This document shows positions 9,892 to 21,607 of a stretch of DNA of 64,000 nucleotides, piece after piece. The position numbers were made by a program, and so were the translations under genes. Origin of the DNA: a virus (lineage: Duplodnaviria > Caudoviricetes); IMG/VR virus record IMGVR_UViG_3300027804_000001, positions 32,001 to 96,000 of that record. One strand, 5' to 3'. The first letter of the stretch is position 1. Each line of letters begins with the position of its first letter. The notes beneath the pieces were generated by a model. The model made no database searches. It worked only from the letters and a program-made list of their open reading frames with translations, and was not told the DNA's origin.

Positions 9892-9941
9892 TTATTATAT
9901 TTTTATCTCCTTAAAAAATTTTCTTTTTGTAAAAAAAAATA

Positions 9942-9949
9942 TAACTTTG
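9942..9949 (+). promoter_or_regulatory. Bacteroidota -7 element
   Basis: TAACTTTG upstream of 9978. Confidence 0.55.
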
Positions 9950-9977
9950 TCATAACAAAACTCTAAACAAACTTACT

Positions 9978-10301
9978 ATGCCAAAAACTAAAATTTTCAA
10001 AGACCTAATCTTTAAGAAAAAATACAAATCTTATGGACAATTTCATTCAGAAAACAGAGAAAAAATTTATAAAACAATAATCGAATTGTTTAAGGAATTT
10101 AGTTTAGTTAAAAATAAAACATTGTCAATGACAATTAGTGCCGATATTGAAAATATCGAATGGAATACTGAGTTGTGTTTTAATAGGGGTGAATCCTATA
10201 TTCTTAAAAAAGATGTTATGCCGTATTTTGAAGAGATTGAAGATTATGAAACATGTTCCGAAATAATAAATCTTTCAAAATCCTTGACTAAATCAATATA
10301 A
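9978..10301 (+). CDS. Hypothetical protein
   Basis: 107-aa ORF with its own promoter. Confidence 0.75.
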   Translation: MPKTKIFKDLIFKKKYKSYGQFHSENREKIYKTIIELFKEFSLVKNKTLSMTISADIENIEWNTELCFNRGESYILKKDVMPYFEEIEDYETCSEIINLSKSLTKSI

Positions 10302-10340
10302 AGGTTTATATTATTTTATAAATAAAAGCCTAATTATTTT

Positions 10341-10366
10341 TAGGGTACTTTTATTTATTTTGTTCA
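10341..10366. repeat. 26-bp direct repeat, left copy
   Basis: TAGGGTACTTTTATTTATTTTGTTCA; 25/26 identical to 21545-21570. Confidence 0.8.
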
Positions 10367-10394
10367 GAACCCACCGATTCTTCGGTGGGTTTTT

Positions 10395-10396
<2 letters not shown>
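10367..10396. terminator. Terminator between convergent units
   Basis: AACCCACCGA-ttct-TCGGTGGGTT plus T tract. Confidence 0.8.
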
Positions 10397-11882
<1,486 letters not shown>

Positions 11883-11885
11883 TTA

Positions 11886-12695
11886 TCAAAGATTAAGACC
11901 CAACCCTAATTGTGAATATTTTCTAATTGGGTCATGGTCAAATTTTATAGTTACATTATTAAAGTCTTTCATAATACCAATTTTCATAGTTGTAAAATTG
12001 GTGTTATATTTTGGAAATGTAATTTCACCAATTGCATCTTTTCCTCTCCATAATACTCTTTCATTTCCAAACCCAATCATGGTATGAAAACCAATTTTTT
12101 TATGTCTTTTACCGAATCCAAAATAAATTGTTTTCTCTTTTACTAAATCATTAATTAACGGAAAATCAACTTGTGTTATTCTACCATTAGGAAAAAATGT
12201 TGATTTATCGGGTTCATACGTTGAAACGAAATCCATTATAAAATAATTTTTATTACCGACCGTAAAAGATACACCAATTTGTTTATTGGTTGTCTTGTTT
12301 AATGTAAAATTGATAATAGGTTTTTTACCTCTGATAGTATCTCTTTTACCATTTTCATAAACATATACTCTAGCGGGTTGTCTATAACCCCAATCATTAA
12401 AGTACCACATAGGTTGGTAGTAATTCCAACCAAACATAGGTGCCCCCCATAAATCCCATCTATTCCATCCCCATCCTGCGTAAGGTTGTGTTATAATCAC
12501 GTTTGACCCGGGTTTTGTTGGTCTTGGTCTATTTTCTTCTCTTGGTGAGTTGTTTCTCCACATACTAATGTCACTTCTCTGACCTTGAATTGAAGGACGA
12601 ACTTCTACTTTTGTTGGTGGATTGTTTCTCCAAGACGATACTTGTGAAAATGTTACCAACGGAGTTAAAACCAATAGTAATAATAACTTTTTCAT
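11886..12695 (-). CDS. Secreted protein, probable outer-membrane beta-barrel with Trp/Pro-rich N-region
   Basis: Signal peptide MKKLLLLLVLTPLVTFS; terminal strand YSQLGLGLNL. Confidence 0.65.
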   Translation of the reverse strand: MKKLLLLLVLTPLVTFSQVSSWRNNPPTKVEVRPSIQGQRSDISMWRNNSPREENRPRPTKPGSNVIITQPYAGWGWNRWDLWGAPMFGWNYYQPMWYFNDWGYRQPARVYVYENGKRDTIRGKKPIINFTLNKTTNKQIGVSFTVGNKNYFIMDFVSTYEPDKSTFFPNGRITQVDFPLINDLVKEKTIYFGFGKRHKKIGFHTMIGFGNERVLWRGKDAIGEITFPKYNTNFTTMKIGIMKDFNNVTIKFDHDPIRKYSQLGLGLNL

Positions 12696-12724
12696 AATTA
12701 TTAGTTTAGTATTATATAAATATC

Positions 12725-12751
12725 AAAAAAAGGGAGTTTAAACTCCCTTTT
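12725..12751. terminator. GGGAGTTTAAACTCCC hairpin family, copy 1
   Basis: AAAAGGGAG-tttaaa-CTCCCTTTT. Confidence 0.75.
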
Positions 12752-12854
12752 CTATTTTACTTAAAACTTCTAAATTCTGTTTTATAAGTTTTATTTTTTT
12801 CATACCACTTCTTCTACTTCTCATAGGACGTGGTTTTTTTGCTGCTGTTCCCAT
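12738..12854 (-). CDS. 38-aa basic peptide (not in ORF track)
   Basis: MGTAAKKPRPMRSRRSGMKKIKLIKQNLEVLSKIEKGV; starts 5 nt after the CsgG-like stop. Confidence 0.55.
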   Translation of the reverse strand: MGTAAKKPRPMRSRRSGMKKIKLIKQNLEVLSKIEKGV

Positions 12855-12859
12855 ATTAT

Positions 12860-13588
12860 TTATTTTTGAAATATTCCTTTTTTAATCATTTTATCTAAGA
12901 TATTAGCACAAGCAACATCTAAAGCTTTTTTTGTTGAGATACTAATTGTTGATTGGTTAAACTTAATTGGATCCACACTTGCATCAGAAAGTAAAGTCAA
13001 CTCTCTAACAGTTTTTGCTTCACCTAAACCAGATGCTGCAATTATCGTTCCATTTTCTGCATCAGTAAATCTAACTTGCAAACCCAATCTAGTCACCATA
13101 TTGTCTTTGATACCATCTTTTAAGTTAATGGTTTCATCTTCAGATACCGAATAATCATACACTTCAATTTCAACAAAATAATGAGCCAATTTAATTTTTC
13201 CTCTACCATCTAATTTATTTTCAGAAATACCTGCTTGAGATGCTTGGAATTGTTTTACCATTCTATTCTTAATCTCGGTCTTATCTTCAGTAAATTCAAA
13301 TCTATTAAGGTTATCCAAATATTCTAATACAATATTTGCGACACCCAATCCAACTCTTTTTTCTTTTAGTTCAGGGTACATTTCATATACTTCCTCACCA
13401 ATACCACATTTTAAGATTTGGATATTTTTCTTTGGACCTTCATAATCCAAATAAGCAGATATGTCTTTTTTCTTTTCAAAATCCGCTTTAAATTCTTCAG
13501 TTTTTGTTTTACCTATTGTTTGAGCAGTTAGGACATTTACACCACCCGTAATTAACAATATACCCAATAATACGATTAATTTTTTCAT
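12860..13588 (-). CDS. CsgG/HfaB-like (curli secretion channel family) protein
   Basis: Signal peptide; GLGVANIVLEYL..NRFEFTE, AHYFVEIEVYDYS, LGLQVRFTDAENGTIIAASGLG resemble CsgG. Confidence 0.65.
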   Translation of the reverse strand: MKKLIVLLGILLITGGVNVLTAQTIGKTKTEEFKADFEKKKDISAYLDYEGPKKNIQILKCGIGEEVYEMYPELKEKRVGLGVANIVLEYLDNLNRFEFTEDKTEIKNRMVKQFQASQAGISENKLDGRGKIKLAHYFVEIEVYDYSVSEDETINLKDGIKDNMVTRLGLQVRFTDAENGTIIAASGLGEAKTVRELTLLSDASVDPIKFNQSTISISTKKALDVACANILDKMIKKGIFQK

Positions 13589-13614
13589 ACATGTTTTTTA
13601 TAATAAATACAACA

Positions 13615-13637
13615 AAAAAGGGAGTTTAAAACTCCCT
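13615..13637. terminator. GGGAG..CTCCC hairpin family, copy 2
   Basis: AAGGGAGTTT-a-AAACTCCCTT with upstream A tract. Confidence 0.7.
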
Positions 13638-13642
13638 TAATA

Positions 13643-13906
13643 TTAACCTTCCATTTCTTCGGTCTCTTTCTTTTTGTTGTGTTTGTTGTTTATATACTTA
13701 TCAACAGAAGCAATACCAAATGCCCCCAACGTTATAACTAAGAAACCATCAAAAATAAATTCATTAATTACTAATGGTTTACCCATCCAACCCGTAATTA
13801 AGTCAACCGCCAAAGCGATTACCATACATATAAATGATGAGAAACCTACAACAGATTTTTCATTTATGTGGTTGTTGTCATTAAATAATTCTTTAATAAA
13901 TCCCAT
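13643..13906 (-). CDS. Small two-TM membrane protein (holin-like topology)
   Basis: Two hydrophobic segments and a charged C-tail. Confidence 0.6.
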   Translation of the reverse strand: MGFIKELFNDNNHINEKSVVGFSSFICMVIALAVDLITGWMGKPLVINEFIFDGFLVITLGAFGIASVDKYINNKHNKKKETEEMEG

Positions 13907-13940
13907 AATAAGTGTTTTAGTGTTTGTTTAGTTTTTATGA

Positions 13941-14588
13941 TTAACCCTCTATATGGTCATCGGGGTCAGTGTCCTTTATTTTTCCGCATTTTAGACATTC
14001 TAAGTCACCATCCCCATCTAAATCTCCCCATACGTGCTCACATTGTCTATGTGCAAAGTACATATCGATTTTACCATCACCATCAAAATCTATACCATCC
14101 ATTGTACCATCACCATCTTCATCCACTTCAATTCCTGTTCTAGGTTGTGTGGTTGGTACTTGTTCAAACGTATCGTTTACCTTTTCTATTTTTGAGTTTT
14201 CAATAGCGGTTTGAAACGCCTCTGGTATGATTGGTGTGTTGTTTGGCGGAGTTACCGGCATATCAGCAGTGTTACTCATTGCCGTACCATCTTCCTCATC
14301 CATTTTCTGAACCAACATTTTATCTTTATCAGTATCACTAAACCAATAGTCAATGATTTTACCATAAGAACCAATGAACGCTCCTAATAACAATAATAGA
14401 AGTTCTTTCCATTCACCTTCTATTGCTGATTTATTTAATATAGCGAAGAACATTCCACCTATAATAAACATAAATCCACCCAATACCAATGCGGTAATAT
14501 ACCACCTACGTTTCATCATTGCGTTTAATAAATCTTTAAATCCACTTGGTGGTGTCTTTTCATTCGACACCTCGTTTACATCTGACAT
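13941..14588 (-). CDS. Two-TM membrane protein with Ca-binding DxDGDG loops and a C-terminal Cys/His cluster
   Basis: Start refined to MSDVNEV; DEDGDG, DFDGDG, DLDGDG; CEH..CxxC. Confidence 0.7.
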   Translation of the reverse strand: MSDVNEVSNEKTPPSGFKDLLNAMMKRRWYITALVLGGFMFIIGGMFFAILNKSAIEGEWKELLLLLLGAFIGSYGKIIDYWFSDTDKDKMLVQKMDEEDGTAMSNTADMPVTPPNNTPIIPEAFQTAIENSKIEKVNDTFEQVPTTQPRTGIEVDEDGDGTMDGIDFDGDGKIDMYFAHRQCEHVWGDLDGDGDLECLKCGKIKDTDPDDHIEG

Positions 14589-14629
14589 ATCTTTCTTTTT
14601 ACAATTTCTTTTTACTTTATTGCACTCAA

Positions 14630-14944
14630 TTACCATTTTGGAGCTTCTTCCTTAAATTCGTCACCTTCTTTTTTCTTAGGTTTTGCAACTGGTTGAGCCG
14701 GTGCACTTTTTTCTTTAATGATAACAGTTTTACCACCACCTGCAGCTTGTTGCTGAGTTTGTGAGTTTGTAATATTAATTACAGGTGCGGCTTGTTGAAC
14801 TGGCGCCGCTTCTTTATCTCCACCACCTAATAATGTTGTTAACCACACACCACCTGCGGTTACTACGGTACCTGCCACTCCGACAATTGTCTTTTTTAAT
14901 CCTGACCAAGTACCATCATTTGAGTTTTCTACTTCTTCTGACAT
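14630..14944 (-). CDS. Small single-TM protein
   Basis: 104 aa, one hydrophobic segment. Confidence 0.7.
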   Translation of the reverse strand: MSEEVENSNDGTWSGLKKTIVGVAGTVVTAGGVWLTTLLGGGDKEAAPVQQAAPVINITNSQTQQQAAGGGKTVIIKEKSAPAQPVAKPKKKEGDEFKEEAPKW

Positions 14945-14968
14945 AAAATTTAAATTTAATTTGTGTTA

Positions 14969-15340
14969 TTATAGTTTATTAAAATCCGTAATACCAATCA
15001 GTACATTGTTTACATCATATAATGCAATTCTGTATGCTGATTTTGGTAATGCGTTAGTGTATACTTTCAATATATTATCACCGGCTTTTACTTCCATTGT
15101 TTCTTTCGATACCACTCTATTTGCAATATCTAAAATCTTTACACTAACCGTTCCCGATGACTCTAATTTAACATTCATACTAACCTCACTTGTTACAAAT
15201 GGTGATGAAAGTTTAATACCAGAATTTGCCGTCATTTTTAATTCGGGTGTAACTGCAACTTCAGGCATTGGTAACATGTCATCTTTACGACATCCTGTCA
15301 TAAAAATCACTGCAATTGTTATTAAAAATAGTTTTTTCAT
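14969..15340 (-). CDS. Lipoprotein with FlgD-Ig / T9SS-CTD-like beta-sandwich
   Basis: Lipobox MTGC; VSVKILDIANRVV...AGDN...LPKSAYRI pattern. Confidence 0.6.
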   Translation of the reverse strand: MKKLFLITIAVIFMTGCRKDDMLPMPEVAVTPELKMTANSGIKLSSPFVTSEVSMNVKLESSGTVSVKILDIANRVVSKETMEVKAGDNILKVYTNALPKSAYRIALYDVNNVLIGITDFNKL

Positions 15341-15341
15341 T

Positions 15342-15689
15342 TTAGTTTAGTGTTAGTTTTGTTTTTCCTTTTTGGTTTTTATTAATATCCTCAAGTACTA
15401 AATATAAATACTTTGATGGTAACGATTTTGTATATATTTTTAACTTATTATCACCAATTTTACCAATTATTTTTTCTTTGGTTAAAACTTGACCAGTTTG
15501 GAAATCTACCAATTTCAATATGTATGTACTATCAGATGTTAATTTAAATGTAATTTCATCACCATCTGAAACAGAAGATTCAGACATGGAAAATATGTCA
15601 ACCTGAACTTTAGGTTGAGGTATGGGTTCTATTTCCATTTTTGTACACCCAACCATTAAAATCAATGATATATATAATAATTTTTTCAT
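15342..15689 (-). CDS. Lipoprotein, distant paralog of 14969..15340
   Basis: Lipobox MVGC; GDNKLKIYTKSLPSKYLYL resembles GDNILKVYTNALPKSAYRI. Confidence 0.65.
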   Translation of the reverse strand: MKKLLYISLILMVGCTKMEIEPIPQPKVQVDIFSMSESSVSDGDEITFKLTSDSTYILKLVDFQTGQVLTKEKIIGKIGDNKLKIYTKSLPSKYLYLVLEDINKNQKGKTKLTLN

Positions 15690-15947
15690 TTATTGTATTT
15701 TAATATATTTTGAAGTTTTAAAAGGATTTAAATAATACTCATTACTTTTCCATTTTTCAATTTTAAATCTAGCCATTTCTTCCGAATAGTATATTACATT
15801 ATCGTCATACCATTTACCCATTCCATATTTTTTCATCGGTAGATATAATGAATAACCTGTACCATCATATTCCACCATTTTAATCTTATATCTAACACAA
15901 GATGAAAAAGTTAAAACTAACGATGTGAGTAATAATACTTTTTTCAT
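15690..15947 (-). CDS. Small lipoprotein
   Basis: Lipobox FSSC. Confidence 0.65.
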   Translation of the reverse strand: MKKVLLLTSLVLTFSSCVRYKIKMVEYDGTGYSLYLPMKKYGMGKWYDDNVIYYSEEMARFKIEKWKSNEYYLNPFKTSKYIKIQ

Positions 15948-16840
15948 TAGAATTGAAAGTTTGTTCCTATCATAAACATTATTGGATTACTCTTTTTATA
16001 ACCTACCGATTCACTTAATTTATCCCAAGTTGTGTTATATCTAACATTAGTATTCAATACAAATCTTTTAGTTATTTTCCAATCCATAGATACACCATAA
16101 TATAAGTCCAAATTGAAATCATCTATATATGATAAATCCGATTCGGTGTCATCTTTGAATACTTTATATACATCACTCATTGCAAATAACTGAGGTGAAA
16201 TATTTACTCTTTTAGTTTTAAATGTATAAGTGTACATCGCCATACCTCTATAAGTAAGTTCAGATGATGCTGGCATTTGTGGATATATTAAATCTAAAAA
16301 ATTACCATCCGCATCTACCGTATATTTTCCTTCCCACTCACCCTGATAAGTTCCCCAAAATGATTTTGATGCAATTAAACTATAACCAAATGTTCCAAAC
16401 TTTTTAGTTCTGAATACATCAATGAATGATAATGTAATATCTTTTTGAAAATCAAAATCGGTTGAATAGAATGTTTGTATTGTAGTTGTTCTCTTTTCAG
16501 TATTTCTACTTAAACCATAACCAACACCATAATAATTCCATATAGGATTAATTGATGCGGCGAATGAGTGACCCCATTGTCCATTTAAAGACGATTTATG
16601 GTATCCTAAATTAAGAGTAGTTGATACTTGTCTACCAATTACACCAATTGAAAGGTTTGATGATGAAAGAACATCTTTTGAGAAATTAACATAGGATTGT
16701 AATATACCCACATCATTCCAATCATCACTTTCACCAAATAATTCTTTCGGTGATAGTTGTAATGTATCAGGTTTTTGTATTTGTGCGTTAGATACAAATC
16801 CAATTAAAACTAATGATATGAATAATAATAACTTTTTCAT
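15947..16840 (-). CDS. Outer-membrane beta-barrel protein
   Basis: Signal peptide, amphipathic strands, terminal MIGTNFQF (BAM-type C-terminal Phe). Confidence 0.7.
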   Translation of the reverse strand: MKKLLLFISLVLIGFVSNAQIQKPDTLQLSPKELFGESDDWNDVGILQSYVNFSKDVLSSSNLSIGVIGRQVSTTLNLGYHKSSLNGQWGHSFAASINPIWNYYGVGYGLSRNTEKRTTTIQTFYSTDFDFQKDITLSFIDVFRTKKFGTFGYSLIASKSFWGTYQGEWEGKYTVDADGNFLDLIYPQMPASSELTYRGMAMYTYTFKTKRVNISPQLFAMSDVYKVFKDDTESDLSYIDDFNLDLYYGVSMDWKITKRFVLNTNVRYNTTWDKLSESVGYKKSNPIMFMIGTNFQF

Positions 16841-19146
16841 TATATCACCTTTACATTTAATTTAATTAAATTAGTGTTTAATGTTTCAACATTTTTAATT
16901 GAAATTAAACCTAATATGTTTGTAATTGTTGTTTTTGGTTTAAATGTTATTTTATAACCAATATTAGAAATTAATCCACCTGACGTATTTAACGAACCCA
17001 AACTTATAAATGAACCATTATTTTTACCAAAGTTTGTTGATTGTGTATTATTAAATTGAACACTTGAAAAATCTAAAATTGAATTATCAAAATATACGTC
17101 AAATTGAGTTGCACCAATACTATTGCCATTTGGATTTACCACTATAGTTGCAATTATACTATCACCAACTTTTTCCATCATTATATCTGCTTCAACATCA
17201 CCTATAGAATTATTTGTTACTGACATTGATTTTATTTCAGATGGTTGAGTAATACTACTTGATGATAAAACAAAACCTGTTGGTTGAGATGAATGAGAGA
17301 GATTTACATCACCTTTCCATGTAATATCTAAATTATATGAATTTAAAATACCGTTGGTAAAAGTAAATGGATAGTTAATTCTTTTAATATCTGTATATGT
17401 ACTCCATGTTTGTTTTGTGATATTATCATATGTTGTAGATGGAATTATTTTCATTGCATCTGCAATTGATGGTGTTGATTGCCATAAAGAATTCGTACCT
17501 TGTAAATGTGTTAATAAAGAATAACAATCTCTTTCATCAAAAACACCATCTTCGTTAACATCGGCATTGTGGAATTGAATACCGGATGTAAAATACTTAC
17601 TCTCATTACCCATAATACCTCTATCAGAATATTCTTTAAATGCCAAATAAACATCACCAACAGTGATTATATTACCTAATAATGTTTGTGTCTGTGATGT
17701 AGTTAAATTACCAAATGATATTGTGTGATATTTGTACATTAAATTTTGACCAAATGTTACTTCAGACGCAAATGCATAATCCGTATTCCATCCATTTACA
17801 TTTCTTATATAAGAGTTATAGATAGACGTTCCATCTGTTACCTTAGTTAATGAAGAAGGGACACTATATTGTGCCCAACCATTTACATCGTGAGATAAAT
17901 AAGTTACTGGACCATCATATGTATCTAATATTTTTACATTTGTTATTGATTGCGGAGTATAGTTCGTAAACTTTCTATAATCAATTAATAACCTACTTAC
18001 ACCATTACCCATCCAACTCGCATTTGGGTTTGTATATGACCACTCAACTTGACCAGGTACTATGGTTGCCTTATTTCCATTTCCCACAATTTGTGATGTG
18101 TCCATTTGATTAGTCATATCAACTCTACCAATACCATTTAAATTAACATATGAATAATTAGAAGAAAAATTTGTATTATCAGTAGATGTTAAAATTCTAC
18201 TTTTAAACATTGTTTCATCGACATTAGTACCAAAATTAAAATTGAATTGTGCTCTTAATGTTTGTCCATTTGAGTGAGAAACTGAGTTAGAATAAAATCC
18301 GGTAAATGTTTGGTCATCGGGATTAGACCATGTTCCATATTCGATTACATATGGATTAGACCAGTTAGGTAAATCGTTCCATTGAGAACCGCCTCCCCAT
18401 TTAGTTACTGCATAATCTTCATTACCCGAATTGTTTGGTTCACCACCCGCCCAGTTGTTATATTGTCCTTGTATATTTCCGTTTAATTGTCCGTTTGCAG
18501 TTTTAATTACGGTTCCTTTTTCGGGTCCCGCATCGATTACCCATCTACCTTCCGTTACCTCATCAGTTAATGCAAACCATATGTTTGTTTGTGGTACATT
18601 TGCAAAAATAAATGCATCTTCATCAGAGGATGTAATTGTCACCAAATATCCCGTTTGTCCTTTGAATGTTGTTGCTTCTGATGCGGTTCTTGCACCTGTG
18701 TATGTGTTTCCAGATGCCATTGGTCTATAAAAATGACCATTAGTTGGATTATAATAGTATCCTGTTGGATTAACTGTTGCCGATACCGATAACTGAATAG
18801 TACCAACGGTTGCGGTTGTGTTTACTTTGAGTGTTGCCAATGCATTGTTTATATTCGACATGGTTCCAGTAAAAACTAGCTTTGTTTTGTTACCACTCAT
18901 TGTGAATCCACTTGCAGGTAACAAACCCGTTGTTGTTGTTAAATAGAATGTTGTTCCCGACGGTGCTGTTGGTAATCCTATGGCACAAAGAAGGTTATCT
19001 GTTGAATTAAACCCACTTAAATTAAATCCACTAGCGTCTTGGGCTGTTGTGTTTACGGTAAACGACTTTGGGTCTGGTGCTATTATTTGCTGACCAAAAC
19101 CAAAGTTTGTAATTAGTATCAATAATATAACTAATAGTTTCTTCAT
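16840..19146 (-). CDS. Secreted adhesin-like protein: C-type lectin-like + dockerin-like + cohesin-like domains
   Basis: YNNWAGGEPNN..EDY..WND (C-type lectin); ADVNEDGVFDERDCYSLL (dockerin EF loop); IGATQFDVYFDNSILDF (cohesin-like). Confidence 0.65.
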   Translation of the reverse strand: MKKLLVILLILITNFGFGQQIIAPDPKSFTVNTTAQDASGFNLSGFNSTDNLLCAIGLPTAPSGTTFYLTTTTGLLPASGFTMSGNKTKLVFTGTMSNINNALATLKVNTTATVGTIQLSVSATVNPTGYYYNPTNGHFYRPMASGNTYTGARTASEATTFKGQTGYLVTITSSDEDAFIFANVPQTNIWFALTDEVTEGRWVIDAGPEKGTVIKTANGQLNGNIQGQYNNWAGGEPNNSGNEDYAVTKWGGGSQWNDLPNWSNPYVIEYGTWSNPDDQTFTGFYSNSVSHSNGQTLRAQFNFNFGTNVDETMFKSRILTSTDNTNFSSNYSYVNLNGIGRVDMTNQMDTSQIVGNGNKATIVPGQVEWSYTNPNASWMGNGVSRLLIDYRKFTNYTPQSITNVKILDTYDGPVTYLSHDVNGWAQYSVPSSLTKVTDGTSIYNSYIRNVNGWNTDYAFASEVTFGQNLMYKYHTISFGNLTTSQTQTLLGNIITVGDVYLAFKEYSDRGIMGNESKYFTSGIQFHNADVNEDGVFDERDCYSLLTHLQGTNSLWQSTPSIADAMKIIPSTTYDNITKQTWSTYTDIKRINYPFTFTNGILNSYNLDITWKGDVNLSHSSQPTGFVLSSSSITQPSEIKSMSVTNNSIGDVEADIMMEKVGDSIIATIVVNPNGNSIGATQFDVYFDNSILDFSSVQFNNTQSTNFGKNNGSFISLGSLNTSGGLISNIGYKITFKPKTTITNILGLISIKNVETLNTNLIKLNVKVI

Positions 19147-19149
19147 CCA

Positions 19150-20832
19150 CTATTCTACTGTTAAATCTATTTTGTTTCCGTTTCCATCAACAGCATCTGA
19201 TAACACAAAATAAAATAAACCAGCGGTATTTGTTAAATTTTCTTTAGGTGTGAAAATTAATTTATATGGTGTACCCACTTTAATTCTACCTGTTTTTATT
19301 TGGTCAATAGAACCGAAAGTTAATCTACCATTATTATGTGTTGAGAAATTTGTTACTGTTGATCCAGAATCAAAAATTACATTGTCTAATGTTAATTTTG
19401 ATTCATCATATTGCATTATAACTTCTAAACCAGCTAAATCAGATTTTGTTAAATTAGTAGTTAAAACAACTTTACCACCTTCTAACTTTGATGACACACT
19501 CAATGTTGCTTTTTCGTATTCTTTTGTTTGATATGAACCAACAACTAAATTTGAACTATTAACAGACATTGATTTTATATCCATTGTTCCAATTCGAGAT
19601 ACTGAGTTTGTGTAAATTCCATTTTGTATGTTTTGTGCAATAACAGCGGGATCAGTTGAATGTGACCAGTTCAAATCACCACCCCAAGCAAATACCGCAT
19701 TTGCGGTTTGAGTATTAGAAGTAATTAACACTCTATTTGTAGGTGTTCCATCTAACCAACTTTGATTCAACAAACCACTATACCATTTTACTGATGTTGA
19801 CGTTGATGTTGGTATCATGGCATTTGAATCGACATTTATACCCATAACATATGCAAACATGTAATAAGAATCACTTTCACTAAATACGGTTTTGTTTCTT
19901 GTGATTAAACCGACCTTCTTTTCTAAATTAGGGTAAGTAAAATATGTTGAATTACCATTTATATCGACTTGTGATACAGCAAGAAATGCTTTATAAGCAT
20001 CTGATACTGTAATAACATTATTCATCCATGTTCTTTGATATGCTGGTGCAACAAACACACCAACAGAATCGCCTATTTTTAAATTTGTAAATGTTGCTTC
20101 ACCACTTGCATCTAAAGGTGATGTTGTAATTGGTTGTTGTCCCCAATCTATTTGACCACTACCATCATTTTTTAATCTCATAATTTGAACGGTGTGGTCT
20201 GTTATTGTTGTATAATTTGATGGGAATGCAACTTTAACTTTAAATGATGATGAACCACCTGTTACATTACCTAAAGATATTGATGCACCAGATGTGGTAA
20301 TTGGTGATATATTTGTTGAAGTAGCATCAATTGCATACGCCAAAATTAAATTATGAATATCGGTGTATGATGTATTATCTTTAATTACAAATTTATGAGA
20401 TGCCAACTCCCCATTAATTGTTGCATCTGTTCTTTGTAAAGTTAATTGACCAACGTTCCAATCTGAATTCACAGCAAAATTCCAAGGAGAAGCCAAATAC
20501 TGTGCATATAGAGATGTTGATGCAGAATTTGCGTTTGGTGTAAATTTATAGTTGGCCCACTCAGTTGAATATGTTTGTACGGATGTACCTTGTCCGTATG
20601 TTATTGAGTTTGGTAATAACAATAAAGATTTGTTACTATATTGATATCTTAACCATACATAACGTGGTGTTGTTGCAGGATTTGTTCCTTTATCCACAAC
20701 ATATTTTACAGTTACTGTATCACCAACCTTATATGGACCCGTTGCGGGTGTAATTGTTCTGTTGATTGTCATTTGACCAAAAGACGCCAAAGAGATAGTT
20801 AATATCCCTAAAACAAATATTAGTTTTTTCAT
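19150..20832 (-). CDS. Secreted protein with dockerin-like and cohesin-like C-terminal modules
   Basis: Start refined to MKKLIF; ITVSDAYKAF, WGGDLNWSHS, LAGLEVIMQYDESKLTL shared in type with 16840..19146. Confidence 0.6.
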   Translation of the reverse strand: MKKLIFVLGILTISLASFGQMTINRTITPATGPYKVGDTVTVKYVVDKGTNPATTPRYVWLRYQYSNKSLLLLPNSITYGQGTSVQTYSTEWANYKFTPNANSASTSLYAQYLASPWNFAVNSDWNVGQLTLQRTDATINGELASHKFVIKDNTSYTDIHNLILAYAIDATSTNISPITTSGASISLGNVTGGSSSFKVKVAFPSNYTTITDHTVQIMRLKNDGSGQIDWGQQPITTSPLDASGEATFTNLKIGDSVGVFVAPAYQRTWMNNVITVSDAYKAFLAVSQVDINGNSTYFTYPNLEKKVGLITRNKTVFSESDSYYMFAYVMGINVDSNAMIPTSTSTSVKWYSGLLNQSWLDGTPTNRVLITSNTQTANAVFAWGGDLNWSHSTDPAVIAQNIQNGIYTNSVSRIGTMDIKSMSVNSSNLVVGSYQTKEYEKATLSVSSKLEGGKVVLTTNLTKSDLAGLEVIMQYDESKLTLDNVIFDSGSTVTNFSTHNNGRLTFGSIDQIKTGRIKVGTPYKLIFTPKENLTNTAGLFYFVLSDAVDGNGNKIDLTVE

Positions 20833-20833
20833 T

Positions 20834-21478
20834 TTATTCAAAAAGTTTAACTACAAGCGAACCACACGCTTTTTTTATTGCATTACTTAAGGATGTTTGG
20901 TTGAATTTACCACCCTCGTCTACGATTAATGTGGACATTGAGATTTCTGAAGACCCTTCCTCAACAACAACTTCTTTTACTTTTTTACCGTTTTTATAAA
21001 GAATACCTTTCATTCTAACAACAACTTTTTCCTCATTTTTATGAAAAACTGATACGTTTTTCTTTGTTGTCAGAATATCCAAATAAACAATTTCCACCTT
21101 AATTTTATTTTCAGCAGATGGACTTAAATCTTTACCATTTTCTTGTAGATATTCTTCTAATATGTTTTTAACCCCAAATGATAATTGTCTATTACCTGCA
21201 AGTTTTCCAATTTTAACATTGTTCTCCACACCCTCTACCCATACATGATCTTCAGATTCATACCATATATTTTCTGGCGAATTTTTAAATGTGCCATCAA
21301 TCATATGTGTAATCTTATTTGTCCAAGTGTTAACAATTTCATCCTGACCTGTGGCCATTAAAATTATTGTTGATACTTGAAAGGCAAGTGCTAAGAATAC
21401 CCAAGCAAGTGCAAATACTAAGAAAAATTGGAAGAATCTATCCCTAATCGATAGTGCGATAATTTTTACCCTCTCCAT
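20834..21478 (-). CDS. Membrane-anchored CsgG/LpoB-like alpha/beta protein
   Basis: Start refined to MERVKII; N-terminal TM; VEGVENN...SFGVKNILEEYLQE and ALSNAIKKAC-type terminal helix as in the CsgG-like gene. Confidence 0.45.
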   Translation of the reverse strand: MERVKIIALSIRDRFFQFFLVFALAWVFLALAFQVSTIILMATGQDEIVNTWTNKITHMIDGTFKNSPENIWYESEDHVWVEGVENNVKIGKLAGNRQLSFGVKNILEEYLQENGKDLSPSAENKIKVEIVYLDILTTKKNVSVFHKNEEKVVVRMKGILYKNGKKVKEVVVEEGSSEISMSTLIVDEGGKFNQTSLSNAIKKACGSLVVKLFE

Positions 21479-21544
21479 TGTTTTTAAGTTTTTTAGTTGT
21501 ATCACTAAAAACTTAAAACCTTACTCGGGTAAATTTTAAATTTC

Positions 21545-21570
21545 TAGGATACTTTTATTTATTTTGTTCA
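21545..21570. repeat. 26-bp direct repeat, right copy
   Basis: TAGGATACTTTTATTTATTTTGTTCA; matches 10341-10366. Confidence 0.8.
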
Positions 21571-21607
21571 TTTTATAAATATTTGAATAGTTGTTTAACG
21601 ATGTGAT

